The notes under the pieces are model-generated. The model did no database searches, was not told the origin of the DNA, and was given only the letters and a program-made list of their open reading frames with translations. From an uncultured Gemmatimonadaceae bacterium (GTDB lineage: Bacteria; Gemmatimonadota; Gemmatimonadetes; Gemmatimonadales; Gemmatimonadaceae), in contig CAWHHI010000008.1 of the NCBI GenBank assembly GCA_963829055.1, positions 192,001 through 256,000 of the forward strand: 64,000 nucleotides of DNA, read 5' to 3'. Shown here one piece after another: positions 10,650-19,993 of this stretch (position 1 is the stretch's first letter; each line of letters opens with the position of its first letter). A program made the translations under genes and the position numbers.

Positions 10650-11556
10650 ATGACCTCCGCCGCAACCCCCACCACCTTGCCGGCCATAGAGCAGAAGGGC
10701 TATGCACACCCCGGAGATGCTCGTCAGCACCGAGTGGCTCGCCGCGCATCTCAACGATCCGTCGATCCGCATCGTCGAGAGCGACGAGGATGTGTTGCTG
10801 TACGACATGGGCCACATTCCGAACGCGCAGAAGGTCGATTGGCACGCCGATCTGAATGATCCGGTCGTGCGCGACTACGTGAACAGCGAACAGTTTCAGG
10901 AACTACTCCGCGCGAAGGGGATCGACGAGAACACGACCGTCATCTTCTACGGCGACAAGAACAACTGGTGGGCGACGTACGCGTTCTGGGTCTTCCAGCT
11001 GTTCGGCTTCACGAACGCGCGCGTGCTCGACGGCGGGCGAACGAAGTGGGAGCAGGAAGGCCGGCCGATGGTGTCCGACGTTCCAACATTCGCGCGCACG
11101 AGCTACACCGCGCCTGCGCGCAACGACGCGAAGATCCGCGCGTTCAAGGAGCAGGTGCTGGAGCACCAGAAGAACAAGGGCAAGCTGGTCGATGTCCGCT
11201 CGCCTGACGAGTTCTCCGGAAAGAAGACGCACATGGCCGAGTACCCGCAGGAAGGCGTGCTGCGCGGCGGTCACATCCCCGGCGCGCGCAGCGTGCCCTG
11301 GGCGAAGGCAGCGAATCCCGACGGATCGTTCAAGTCAGCCGACGAGCTTCGGACGATCTACGAGAAGGAACAGGGGCTCAAGCCGAGCGATGACGTGATC
11401 GCGTATTGCCGCATCGGCGAGCGGTCATCGCACACCTGGTTCGTGCTCACCTACCTGCTTGGCTACGACAAGGTGCGCAACTACGACGGCAGCTGGACGG
11501 AGTGGGGGAACAGCGTGCGCGTGCCGGTCGAGACAGGGCCGGGCGGGAACGTCTGA
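10650..11556 (+). CDS. Two-domain rhodanese / thiosulfate sulfurtransferase (SseA/CysA-like); frameshift near 10710
   Basis: AGGAG RBS, then MTSAAT...KGYAHP joined to [15 protein letters not shown], active site [17 protein letters not shown]. Confidence 0.92.
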
Positions 11557-11564
11557 GGCTGGCC

Positions 11565-11706
11565 GTCATTCCGAGCGGAGGCCGGAGGCCGCAGTCGAGG
11601 AATCGTGATCGTCCGATAGAGAGCTCTCTACCGGCAGACGAGGTCCTCGACTCGCTCGCTCGCTCGGAATGACAACTCGCTCGGAATGACAACCGCTCGG
11701 AATGAC
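11565..11706. repeat. Palindromic MITE/REP-like element with triplicated right end
   Basis: GTCATTCCGAGCG at 11565-11577; its reverse complement CGCTCGGAATGAC at 11661, 11678 and 11694; inner GTCGAGGA...TCCTCGAC pairing. Confidence 0.75.
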
Positions 11707-11732
11707 GGACGATCGTCGCGGAGCGCCTCGTC

Positions 11733-12257
11733 GTGCCTAACGACAAATCAACCATGACCCAGGACCGCCGGATGACCGAGCCCGGAACGACCGACACAAC
11801 GCCGCCTGCCCCGGTGCAGGGGAAGCCGCCGTCTCGCGTGATCGTGCGCTGGAAGGGCGAAGGAACCATGGCGTTCGAAGGCGGCAAGGCCAAGGGTGGT
11901 CCCACGATCACGGTCGACAACACCGGGAAGGCGGAGCCGGGGCCGGTGGACACCCTGCTCATCGCGCTCGCGGCGTGTACCACGGAAGACGTGCTGACGA
12001 TCCTGGCGAAGCGCCGAACCCCGGCGACGCGACTACAGATCGAAGTCGAAGGCAAGCGAGCGAACGCGACGCCAGCGCGGCTGACGCACATCCATCTCCG
12101 GTACGTGGTGGACGGCGAAGGGATCGACCGGGCGAACACGTTGCGCGCGATCGAGCTGGCCGTAACCAAGTACTGCTCGGTACGAGATTCGCTGGACAAG
12201 TCCATCGAGATCGAATGGTCGCTCGTTCTGAACGGGAGCGACGAAGCGGACGCCTGA
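11733..12257 (+). CDS. OsmC/YhfA family protein
   Basis: GPVDTLLIALAACT...AIELAVTKYCSVRDSL. Confidence 0.88.
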   Translation: MPNDKSTMTQDRRMTEPGTTDTTPPAPVQGKPPSRVIVRWKGEGTMAFEGGKAKGGPTITVDNTGKAEPGPVDTLLIALAACTTEDVLTILAKRRTPATRLQIEVEGKRANATPARLTHIHLRYVVDGEGIDRANTLRAIELAVTKYCSVRDSLDKSIEIEWSLVLNGSDEADA

Positions 12258-12420
12258 TGTCCGGTTTGCCCCCGGAGCTCTCGTATGTAGGCCAGTAGCC
12301 GCAGTCGCGTGTGGCACATCCGCATCGGGACGAGGCGACCCGACCGGCGAAGCCCGGTCAAAGACGTTCCGGCTCAATGGGTTGAATGACTCATGCGTGC
12401 CTGCACGAAACTCGCATAGG

Positions 12421-12858
12421 TTGTGGGCATGCACCGTTCGCCGTATAGATCGCGCCCTGTCGCTCGTACTGTCGGTCTGGCTCGCCCTGTTTCTGGGCGG
12501 GTCGGAGCGTATCGTGCAGTGCTCGACGCATGGCGGCGGGACCATGGCCATGACGGCCCACGATGCCGCATCGAGCGGCACGACTGTCGTGGCGCACGAC
12601 CATCAGGCGGACGATTCCGTCGCCAGACGGATCACGGCGCGGGGCACACGTGTTCCTGCCCTGGTCCGGGGTGCTGCCCGCCCGCGGTGGCAACGGTCCC
12701 AGGATCGTCTGACGCCACTCGCCCACGTGGTCGCGGTTCACGAGGCAGTTGCCGTTTCCGCGCTCGCCGTGTTCGCGAGCGCGCAGGACCATCTCCATCC
12801 CCCTGCGACCGCGCCGCCCACCGTGGCGCCCGCGCCAGCGGTCTTTTCGGTCGTGTGA
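12421..12858 (+). CDS. Putative metal-sensing leader protein (DUF2946/CruR/CutF-like), reconstructed across two compensating frameshifts; start uncertain
   Basis: Hydrophobic N-terminus (ALSLVLSVWLALFLGG), His/Cys core (CSTH...HDH...HGAGHTCSCPGPGCCPP) and C-terminal HLHPPATAPP; lies upstream of the TonB receptor. Confidence 0.55.
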   Translation: MWACTVRRIDRALSLVLSVWLALFLGGSERIVQCSTHGGGTMAMTAHDAASSGTTVVAHDHQADDSVARRITARGTRVPALVRGAARPRWQRSQDRLTPLAHVVAVHEAVAVSALAVFASAQDHLHPPATAPPTVAPAPAVFSVV

Positions 12859-13050
12859 GTGGGTCGCGCGCCTAACGCGCGCTGACCGCCCCACCGTTCT
12901 GCCGCTGTCCGTCCGAACGCGCGTATCACGCGCTTACACGTTCGGCGCGCACACACGCTTCTCGACAATTCGCCTGGTCGCTTCGGGCACACCCCACGGT
13001 GTGTCGCGTGAGCGCCGTCTGGTCCGAGATCACTCCCGCGGTGAACCGAT

Positions 13051-15379
13051 ATGAGTCGCTCGTTGTTGTTGGGCCGTAGCCTGCCCGTTGCCCTTTCCGC
13101 ATTGTTGCTGCTCGCACCCGCGCTTCGCGCGCAGGATGCCGGCACGATCGAAGGCACTGTTCGCGCGACCGGAAGCGGCGCGCCGCTGTCCGATGTCGTC
13201 GTTGCCGTGCAAGGCACCACGCGCGGCGCCATGACGGACGCACAGGGCAGATTCCGCATTGCCGCCGTTCCGCTCGGGGAGCGCGTCGTCACTGACCCGG
13301 ATCATCGGACATGCGCGCGGTGCGCAGACCGATTCAGGTGACGGCGGACAGCGTCGTCGCACGTCGACTTCTCGCTGACGGAAGTCGCTGCCGTCATCGC
13401 GCCGACCGTGGTGAGTGCGACGCGTGAGGTGCAGCGTCGCACGGATCAGTCGTCGACGATCGATGTGCTCGAAGGCGCCGCGATTCGCGAGGTGCGCGCG
13501 GCTCACCCGTCCGGCATCATGCAGCGGCTGCCCGGCGTCCACGCGACGCAGCTGTCTGGCGAGGGCTTGAGCATGGCCATCCGCCAGCCGATCACGACCA
13601 AGCCGATGTACCTGTATCTCGAAGACGGCGTGCCGACGCGCTCGACCGGCTTCTTCAACCACAACGCGCTCTACGAAGTGAACCTGCCGCAGGCGGGCGG
13701 GCTCGAAGTCCTGAAGGGACCCGGCACCGCGCTGTACGGCAGTGACGCGATCGGCGGCGTCGTGAACGTGCTCACGCGTGCCGCTCCGGTCACGCCGACG
13801 CTCGACGCGACGGTGGAAGGCGGGCAGTTCGGCTACACGCGCATGCTGGCGACTGGCGGCTTCACGAAGGGCGTCAACGGGGTGCGTGCGGACCTCAACC
13901 TCACGCATGCGGACGGATGGCGAGACGAGGGCGGCTTCAAGCGCCAGAGCGGAACGATCCGCTGGGATGGCGCGTTCGGCGCGTTCACGACGAAGACCGT
14001 GGTCGCCGCGCTCGAACATTGATCAGGCGGAAGCGGCCGGGCTGACTCAGGCGCAGTACGATTCGCGCCCCGAGATCAACCCGTCGCCGATCGCGTTCCG
14101 AAAGGTGCAGGCGCTCCGCGTGTCGACGGCGATCGAGAAGGACAACGGGCGCAGCCTGTTCAGCCTAACGCCGTACGCTCGTCACAACGTGCTCGAGATC
14201 ATGCCCTCGTGGCAGCTGACGTTCAACCAGCAAGTCTGGGACACGCGGAACAACTCGGTCGGCTTGCTGGCGAAGTACCGCCGCGACTTCGCGCCGATGC
14301 GCACGCGCGTGATCGCGGGTGCAGACCTGGACCTGAGCCCGGGCTCGTTCGTGGCGAACAAGATCACGGCGCCGGCGAGCGGCGGGATCTTCCCCTCGTA
14401 CACGACGGGCGAAAAGCAGTACGACTACGATGTCACCTATCGTCAGGCGTCGCCGTACGTGCACACCGAGTTTTCGCCGGTGAGCCGCCTGCGCCTCGAC
14501 GCTGGCGTGCGGTACGATGCGTCCGGCTACGTCTACGACACGAAGCTCGATCCGATCCAGACGGGCCGCTGGCGCCGGCCGGCCGACACGACGGTCAACT
14601 ACACGCGCCTGAGCCCGAAGCTCGGCGCGACACTCGACGTGACGCGCAACGTCAACCTGTTCGCGTCGTACCGCGAAGGGTTCCGCGCACCGGGGCAGAG
14701 CCAGCTGTTCCAGCAGAACTCCAACGTGGCGAGCACCGTCGGCCTCAAGCCGGTGACGGCGAAGAGCGTCGAGGGCGGAGCGCGCGGACAGGTCGGCGGT
14801 CGGCTCATCTACTCGCTTGCCATCTATGACATGCACATCCAGAACGACATCCTGAGCGTCCTCGACGCGCAGGGCGCGCAAACGACGTCGAACGCGGGCG
14901 AGACGCGGCACCGCGGCGTGGAAGCTCAGCGCCGGGACCATGATCACGAGCCAGCTCCGATTCGACGCGGCGTACTCGACGTCGAAGCAGACGTACGAGG
15001 AGTGGGTGATCCCGGTGGCTGGCAAGAACGTGAGCTACGCCGGGAAGACGATCGAAACGGCGCCGCACACGTCGACGAACCTGCTGCTGACGTACTCGCC
15101 TAACGTTTGAACGGCGGTCGCGTCGCGGCCGAGTGGTCGGCGACCGGCAAGTACTACGCGGATCCGGAGAACACGCAGACGTACGATGGCTTCAACCTCA
15201 TCACGCTGCACGGCAACTACGTGCTCCGTAACATCGGCGAGTTCTTCGTGCGCGTGACGAACGTGACGAACGAGAAGTACTCGGAGGTCGCGACGTACAA
15301 CGCGTTCAACAAGTGGCAGTACACGCCGGGCACGCCGCGGTCGGTGTTCGCGGGGTTGCGATACAACTGGCAGAAGTGA
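13051..15379 (+). CDS. TonB-dependent receptor with N-terminal carboxypeptidase-regulatory-like domain; multiple frameshifts
   Basis: Signal peptide, GTIEGTV...TDAQGRF, plug EVLKGPGTALYGSDAIGGVVNV, barrel SPKLG...NLFASYREGFRAP, C-terminus PGTPRSVFAGLRYNW. Confidence 0.9.
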
Positions 15380-16668
15380 TGAAGATGAAACGAAACCACT
15401 TCCCCGCTCTCCTCGCACTCGTGCTCACGGCCGCGTGTCGTGACGCCGGAGCGCGCACGACGTTCTCCGATCCCGAGACGGTGAGTGCGGCAACGACCGT
15501 CGGCGCCGCGCCCATGTTCGCGCTGTCGCCCAGCGGCAAGCGCGCCGTCGCGTGGGTGTCGGCGCCCGGTGGCGGCACCGACGGTCGGCTCTACGTCACC
15601 ACCGGCGGCGCGCCGACCGAGTTGCGTGACTCGTTAGGCCCCATCGAACCACACGGTGAAGCGCCACCGAAGCTCTCCTATGGTCCTGACGGCACGCTGT
15701 ACGCGCTGTACGCCGTCGGCAAGGTCGTGCCGGGACGGCGGTTTCCGATGAGCTCTCTTCGCCTGGCGAAGTCGGCCGACGACGGCAAAACCTGGACGGC
15801 ACCAGTCACGATCGCGTCCGACAGTGCGTTCGGCACGCGCAACTTCCACGCACTCCACGTGGGCAGCGATGGCGCGCTCTACGTCGCCTGGCTCGAGGCA
15901 AGCCAGGGCAAGTCGAAGACGTTCCTGACGCGCTCCACCGATCAGGGTACGACGTGGACGACTCCGGTCGCCGCCGACGTCAACCAGTCGTGCCCGTGCT
16001 GCCGCACGGCGATCGCGACGGCGGACGACGGTACGCTGTACCTCGCGTGGCGTACGGTGCTGCCGGGTAACGTCCGTGACGTCGTCGTCGCGAGATCGAG
16101 CGATCACGGCGCGACGTGGGCGGCGCCGGTTCGCGTGCACGCCGATGACTGGGTGTTCGACGGCTGCCCGCACGCTGGTCCGTCGATGCAGGTCGATTCC
16201 GCCGGCACGGTGCACATCGCGTGGTGGACCGGGAAGCAGGGCGCGGCCGGCACATTCTACGCCCGATCGGCCGACCGAGGCGCAACGTTCGGGACGCCGA
16301 TCCCACTCGGGGTCGGCGAATTCTCAGCGCCTGCGCACGTCCAGCTCGCGTTAGGCCAGGGGCACACGGTCGTCGCCGTGTGGGACGATGGCACGGTGAG
16401 GACGCCGAAGGTCGTGATGCGCGTCTCGCACGACAACGGCGAGTCATTCAGCCCTGCCGCGCTCGTGAGCACCGAAGGGCGAGCGGCGACGTTCCCCGTG
16501 CTGGCGCTGCGCGACCGAGATCTAACGATCGCATGGTCCGAGCAGTCGGAGGCCGAACACGATCACGAGAAGGAGATGGCGCCGAACATGAAGGACCCCA
16601 AAGCCATGAAGGGCCTGTCACGGGTCGGTGAGTCGGCTGTGCGCGTTCGTAACGGGCGCCTGCAATGA
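15379..16668 (+). CDS. BNR/Asp-box (sialidase-fold) lipoprotein with CPCC and CPH motifs
   Basis: Lipobox LTAAC; Asp-boxes SADDGKTW, STDQGTTW, SSDHGATW, SADRGATF and SHDNGESF; QSCPCCRT; DGCPHAGP. Confidence 0.85.
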   Translation: MKMKRNHFPALLALVLTAACRDAGARTTFSDPETVSAATTVGAAPMFALSPSGKRAVAWVSAPGGGTDGRLYVTTGGAPTELRDSLGPIEPHGEAPPKLSYGPDGTLYALYAVGKVVPGRRFPMSSLRLAKSADDGKTWTAPVTIASDSAFGTRNFHALHVGSDGALYVAWLEASQGKSKTFLTRSTDQGTTWTTPVAADVNQSCPCCRTAIATADDGTLYLAWRTVLPGNVRDVVVARSSDHGATWAAPVRVHADDWVFDGCPHAGPSMQVDSAGTVHIAWWTGKQGAAGTFYARSADRGATFGTPIPLGVGEFSAPAHVQLALGQGHTVVAVWDDGTVRTPKVVMRVSHDNGESFSPAALVSTEGRAATFPVLALRDRDLTIAWSEQSEAEHDHEKEMAPNMKDPKAMKGLSRVGESAVRVRNGRLQ

Positions 16669-17255
16669 GCCGCCGCGTGAAATGGTTCCTGGCCCGTCCG
16701 GCTGCGGTGTTTGCCACGGCTCTGCTCGGCGCGCTCGGCGCCTGCAGGCCTAACGCTGATTCCGCCGACGCGTTTCGGCCGATTGCGGTTGGCGAGCTAG
16801 TGCCCGAATACGCGGTGCGAACGCTCGAGGGCGACAGCGCTCGTGTGACGGCCGCGCAGCCGGTGACGCTGCTCCACGTCTGGGCGACCTGGTGTGGGCC
16901 ATGCGAGAAGGAGTTTCCGGAGATCGAAGCCCTTCAGCGCGAGTTCGCGCCGCGCGGACTCCGTATCGTCGCGGTGAGCGTCGACGAAGGTGACGACGAT
17001 GCGGTCCAAGCGTTCGTGAAGGAGAAAGGCGCGACCTTCGAGATCGGCCGCGACCCGACGGGCGCTGTCCGTCGCCTGTATCAGGGCATCGGTGTGCCGG
17101 AGAGCTATCTCATTTCCGCGGACGGTCGCCTGCTCGTTCGCCAGTTCGGCGCCATTCCCGAGGGTGCCGCCGCGATGCGCGCCGCGATCGAGAAGGCGCT
17201 CGCGGCGCAGGCACAGGCGAGCCCCTCCCGTGAGGTCAGGCGAACGTCGACCTAA
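16665..17255 (+). CDS. TlpA/ResA-family thiol-disulfide oxidoreductase (lipoprotein)
   Basis: LHVWATWCGPCEKEFP, GVPESYLI, lipobox LGAC. Confidence 0.9.
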   Translation: MSRRVKWFLARPAAVFATALLGALGACRPNADSADAFRPIAVGELVPEYAVRTLEGDSARVTAAQPVTLLHVWATWCGPCEKEFPEIEALQREFAPRGLRIVAVSVDEGDDDAVQAFVKEKGATFEIGRDPTGAVRRLYQGIGVPESYLISADGRLLVRQFGAIPEGAAAMRAAIEKALAAQAQASPSREVRRTST

Positions 17256-17277
17256 CGATTCGTCGCGCGGACGCCCG

Positions 17278-18714
17278 TCAGCGAGAACCGTCGAGGGGCG
17301 AGAGCGCGCCGAGCACCTGCTGCCGGCGCGCTTCGTCGTTCGTGATGATGATGGCCGCGAGATTCCGGTCGATGACCATCGTCGGCTGCGCACGCCACTT
17401 GATCATCATCCCGGGCGGAGCGACCCTCGCGGTGTCGAGTTTCGCCGTGTCCATCGCGCGCGTGGCGGAATCGGCGTAGATGAACAGCTGCAGCTGATCG
17501 CCGTCAGCGAGCTCGTAGGACTTCGCCGGAATCGACATGAAGATGTGCGGGCCGGTCTCGGGCAGCGCTCGGGCCGCAATACCGGCATCGCGCAGCCGCC
17601 GCTCGACGACCTCGGCGGACCAGAGTGGCGTCATGTTGTGGCCGGCGTGGCCCTCATGGCCGGTCGATGCAGGCGATGTCGCGGGCGCAGGAGTCGCGAG
17701 GCCGGCACCGCCCGACGCCCCGCCCATCTTCGCGACGCCCATCGATACGGCCATGTTCTGCCATTCGGCCACGGTCATCACGGACGAGGTATCGTCGCGA
17801 TACCGCCGCGCGGCAAGCAGGATCTCGGCTCGCTTTCGCGATCGCGGAATGGTCGTGTCGGCGAGCACATCGGAGATGACGTCGTGCATCGCGTGGAGGT
17901 TGTCGAAGATGATCGCGACCTCCGGATAGCGGCGGGAGAACTCCGGCGCGACGGCCGCAGTCATTGGCATCACGGCCGGCATGCTCGCCGGCGGGTTCGC
18001 AAGCATCTGCCTGAACCGCGCGAGCGCGGCGGTCACTCCCTGTTGTCGCTCGTCTCGCGTTCTGGCCGTGACGAGAGGCTCGTAGAGCCCGATCTGCAGC
18101 CAGTGATAGGCCCAGATCAACCCGTTGAACTTTGGATAGCGTCGCCGGAACGCGAGCGAATACGGCTGGCCCTCCATGAGGTCCATGTCCTTCGGCTGAC
18201 TGCTGAACGCGACATCCCGACGTGACCTGTAGTACCTGACGAGCTCGCGAATGGCGGCGTCCTTCTGGTCAACCGGGATGCGCTCGTCCGCCCAGACGTC
18301 GTACACCTGGCGATGCAGCACGTGCGCCCACTCGAACATCTGCTTCGCTTCGGGGACGAGCTTCGCGTACTCCGGCTCGATCGCCGACTCCTCGAGTGGT
18401 AGCCGCGGCGGCTTCACGAGGAGCCGACGTGTTATGAAGTCGTACTCGGCCTGTTCGAGTCGCGCGACGGGAGCCGACGGCGCTCTCAACAGCGTTTCGT
18501 ACAGGATCGCATGGCCGTAGTCGAACGCGTTGAATAGCCGGTCCGCAGTCGGGTAGTTCGCGCGGAACTGCCAGTTGTGGGATGCCTGACGATAGAACTG
18601 GTCGTGCGCCGTGGACCACTGCGAGAGTACAGGGCGCCCGCTGGACGCCAGCGCAGTGAGTGCCAGCGCCACGGAGAGAAACGGACGCACTCGCGAACCG
18701 CGAACAGGAGGCAT
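17278..18714 (-). CDS. Exported uncharacterised helical protein with duplicated HxxH motifs (putative metal-binding)
   Basis: Start overlaps the upstream stop (TGATG); signal peptide; FEWAHVLH and FDNLHAMH; Met/His-rich linkers. Confidence 0.75.
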   Translation of the reverse strand: MPPVRGSRVRPFLSVALALTALASSGRPVLSQWSTAHDQFYRQASHNWQFRANYPTADRLFNAFDYGHAILYETLLRAPSAPVARLEQAEYDFITRRLLVKPPRLPLEESAIEPEYAKLVPEAKQMFEWAHVLHRQVYDVWADERIPVDQKDAAIRELVRYYRSRRDVAFSSQPKDMDLMEGQPYSLAFRRRYPKFNGLIWAYHWLQIGLYEPLVTARTRDERQQGVTAALARFRQMLANPPASMPAVMPMTAAVAPEFSRRYPEVAIIFDNLHAMHDVISDVLADTTIPRSRKRAEILLAARRYRDDTSSVMTVAEWQNMAVSMGVAKMGGASGGAGLATPAPATSPASTGHEGHAGHNMTPLWSAEVVERRLRDAGIAARALPETGPHIFMSIPAKSYELADGDQLQLFIYADSATRAMDTAKLDTARVAPPGMMIKWRAQPTMVIDRNLAAIIITNDEARRQQVLGALSPLDGSR

Positions 18715-19574
18715 CAGCGAAGTCCCAGCGCGAACGCTGAGCCGAAGGTTACATACCATGCTCGGTCGTCTCCGGTGAATCGACGACCGATCCCGCCGTC
18801 GATCGCCCAGCGAGGCGCGAGTTGATAGCGCAGGCCCGCTGCGGCGTTCCACGCCACGGATTCCGCACTGTCGATGGGCTGCTCGGCGAAGGACTCGATG
18901 CTCACGAGCAGCGAGTGCAGCGGAAACGTCTTGTCGACGGCGACGCCCGCGAGCCATCGCGACACATCCGAGCTCTGAACGGAGGATGGGACATCAGTAC
19001 CAGTCGTAGTACCGGTCGCAGTTTGGCTCGGCCCGACGGTGAGTTGGGCGTTCGCGTGGAACCGAGCCCATGGCGTCGTTCGCGTGACGATGCCCTTGAG
19101 CGTGCCGTACGTCGCATCGGCGGCAAGCGGTCCGGCGGGCAGTACCACGTCAGCCGCAACCGCGAGCGCCGGAATCGATGTCTCGGCGTTCAACGCATGG
19201 AGCAGAGAGATCTCGAGACCCGCAACGCCGCCACTCGACGTTCCGTTCGCATCCAGATACGCGATAGGCAGGCCGACCTGAAGCTGTGTACGGGGCAGCA
19301 ACCCGACAGCCGTTTCCGGGTGCAGCGACCACCGCCGCTGGCCGCCGCCCGCACTCTCGAAGCGTAGTGGTGCGACGTCGAACTCGATCGCGCGGTACTC
19401 TACCGGGGATGCGTCCTCTATCCGGAGCGGACGGCCGACGCTCGTGTTGTAGTAGTCAGTCTGCGCTTCCACGAGACGCGCCGACGGAAACAGCCCGAGG
19501 AGCGCTGCCACACCTAACGAGATGCACCGGCGAGGCAGTCCGCCCGACTCCGACCTTGCAGCTTGAAGTTTCAT
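18714..19574 (-). CDS. Exported hypothetical protein, probable outer-membrane beta-barrel
   Basis: Signal peptide ending VEA-Q; alternating amphipathic strands (TQLQVGLPIAY, WNAAAGLRYQL, WAIDGGIG, WYVTFGSAFAL); coupled to csoR. Confidence 0.65.
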   Translation of the reverse strand: MKLQAARSESGGLPRRCISLGVAALLGLFPSARLVEAQTDYYNTSVGRPLRIEDASPVEYRAIEFDVAPLRFESAGGGQRRWSLHPETAVGLLPRTQLQVGLPIAYLDANGTSSGGVAGLEISLLHALNAETSIPALAVAADVVLPAGPLAADATYGTLKGIVTRTTPWARFHANAQLTVGPSQTATGTTTGTDVPSSVQSSDVSRWLAGVAVDKTFPLHSLLVSIESFAEQPIDSAESVAWNAAAGLRYQLAPRWAIDGGIGRRFTGDDRAWYVTFGSAFALGLR

Positions 19575-19993
19575 CACCGGGCGTGCTTGTACATCAGCTC
19601 GAGAAGCTCGTCGTACATGGCGTCGGCTTTATCGGATCCGGAAGCAATCGCTGTCGAGGCGCAGTGTTTCAGGTGGTTGCGCATCAGCTCGCGTCCGACA
19701 GAACGCAGCGCCTCGTGAACCGACGAAATCTGCATCATGATGTCTGCGCAGTAGCGATCATCGTCGACCATTTTCTGCAGTCCGCGAATCTGACCCTCAA
19801 TGCGGCGCAGACGCTTCACGTTCCGCGCCTTGATGTCGGGGTCGACGGCAACCGCGTGGCGATGCTCGCCCGACTCGTCGGCCGCTCCGCAGGCACAGCC
19901 GACGACCGTCGGTTCCTCCTGGGCGTCCGTCCGAACGTCCGTGGAACGCGTGCGGCGCAGGTGGGGCGCTGGTGTGGTTGCCACGGGTGTCAC
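19574..19993 (-). CDS. csoR: CsoR-family metal-sensitive repressor
   Basis: [16 protein letters not shown]...YCADIMMQI...NHLKHCA (Cys, His and Cys Cu(I) ligand positions). Confidence 0.92.
   Translation of the reverse strand: MTPVATTPAPHLRRTRSTDVRTDAQEEPTVVGCACGAADESGEHRHAVAVDPDIKARNVKRLRRIEGQIRGLQKMVDDDRYCADIMMQISSVHEALRSVGRELMRNHLKHCASTAIASGSDKADAMYDELLELMYKHAR

Noticed and set aside
11565..11706. Repeated CGCTCGGAATGAC as a CRISPR array
   Set aside because: Units are 13 bp with 3-4 nt gaps, with no unique spacers and no cas genes.
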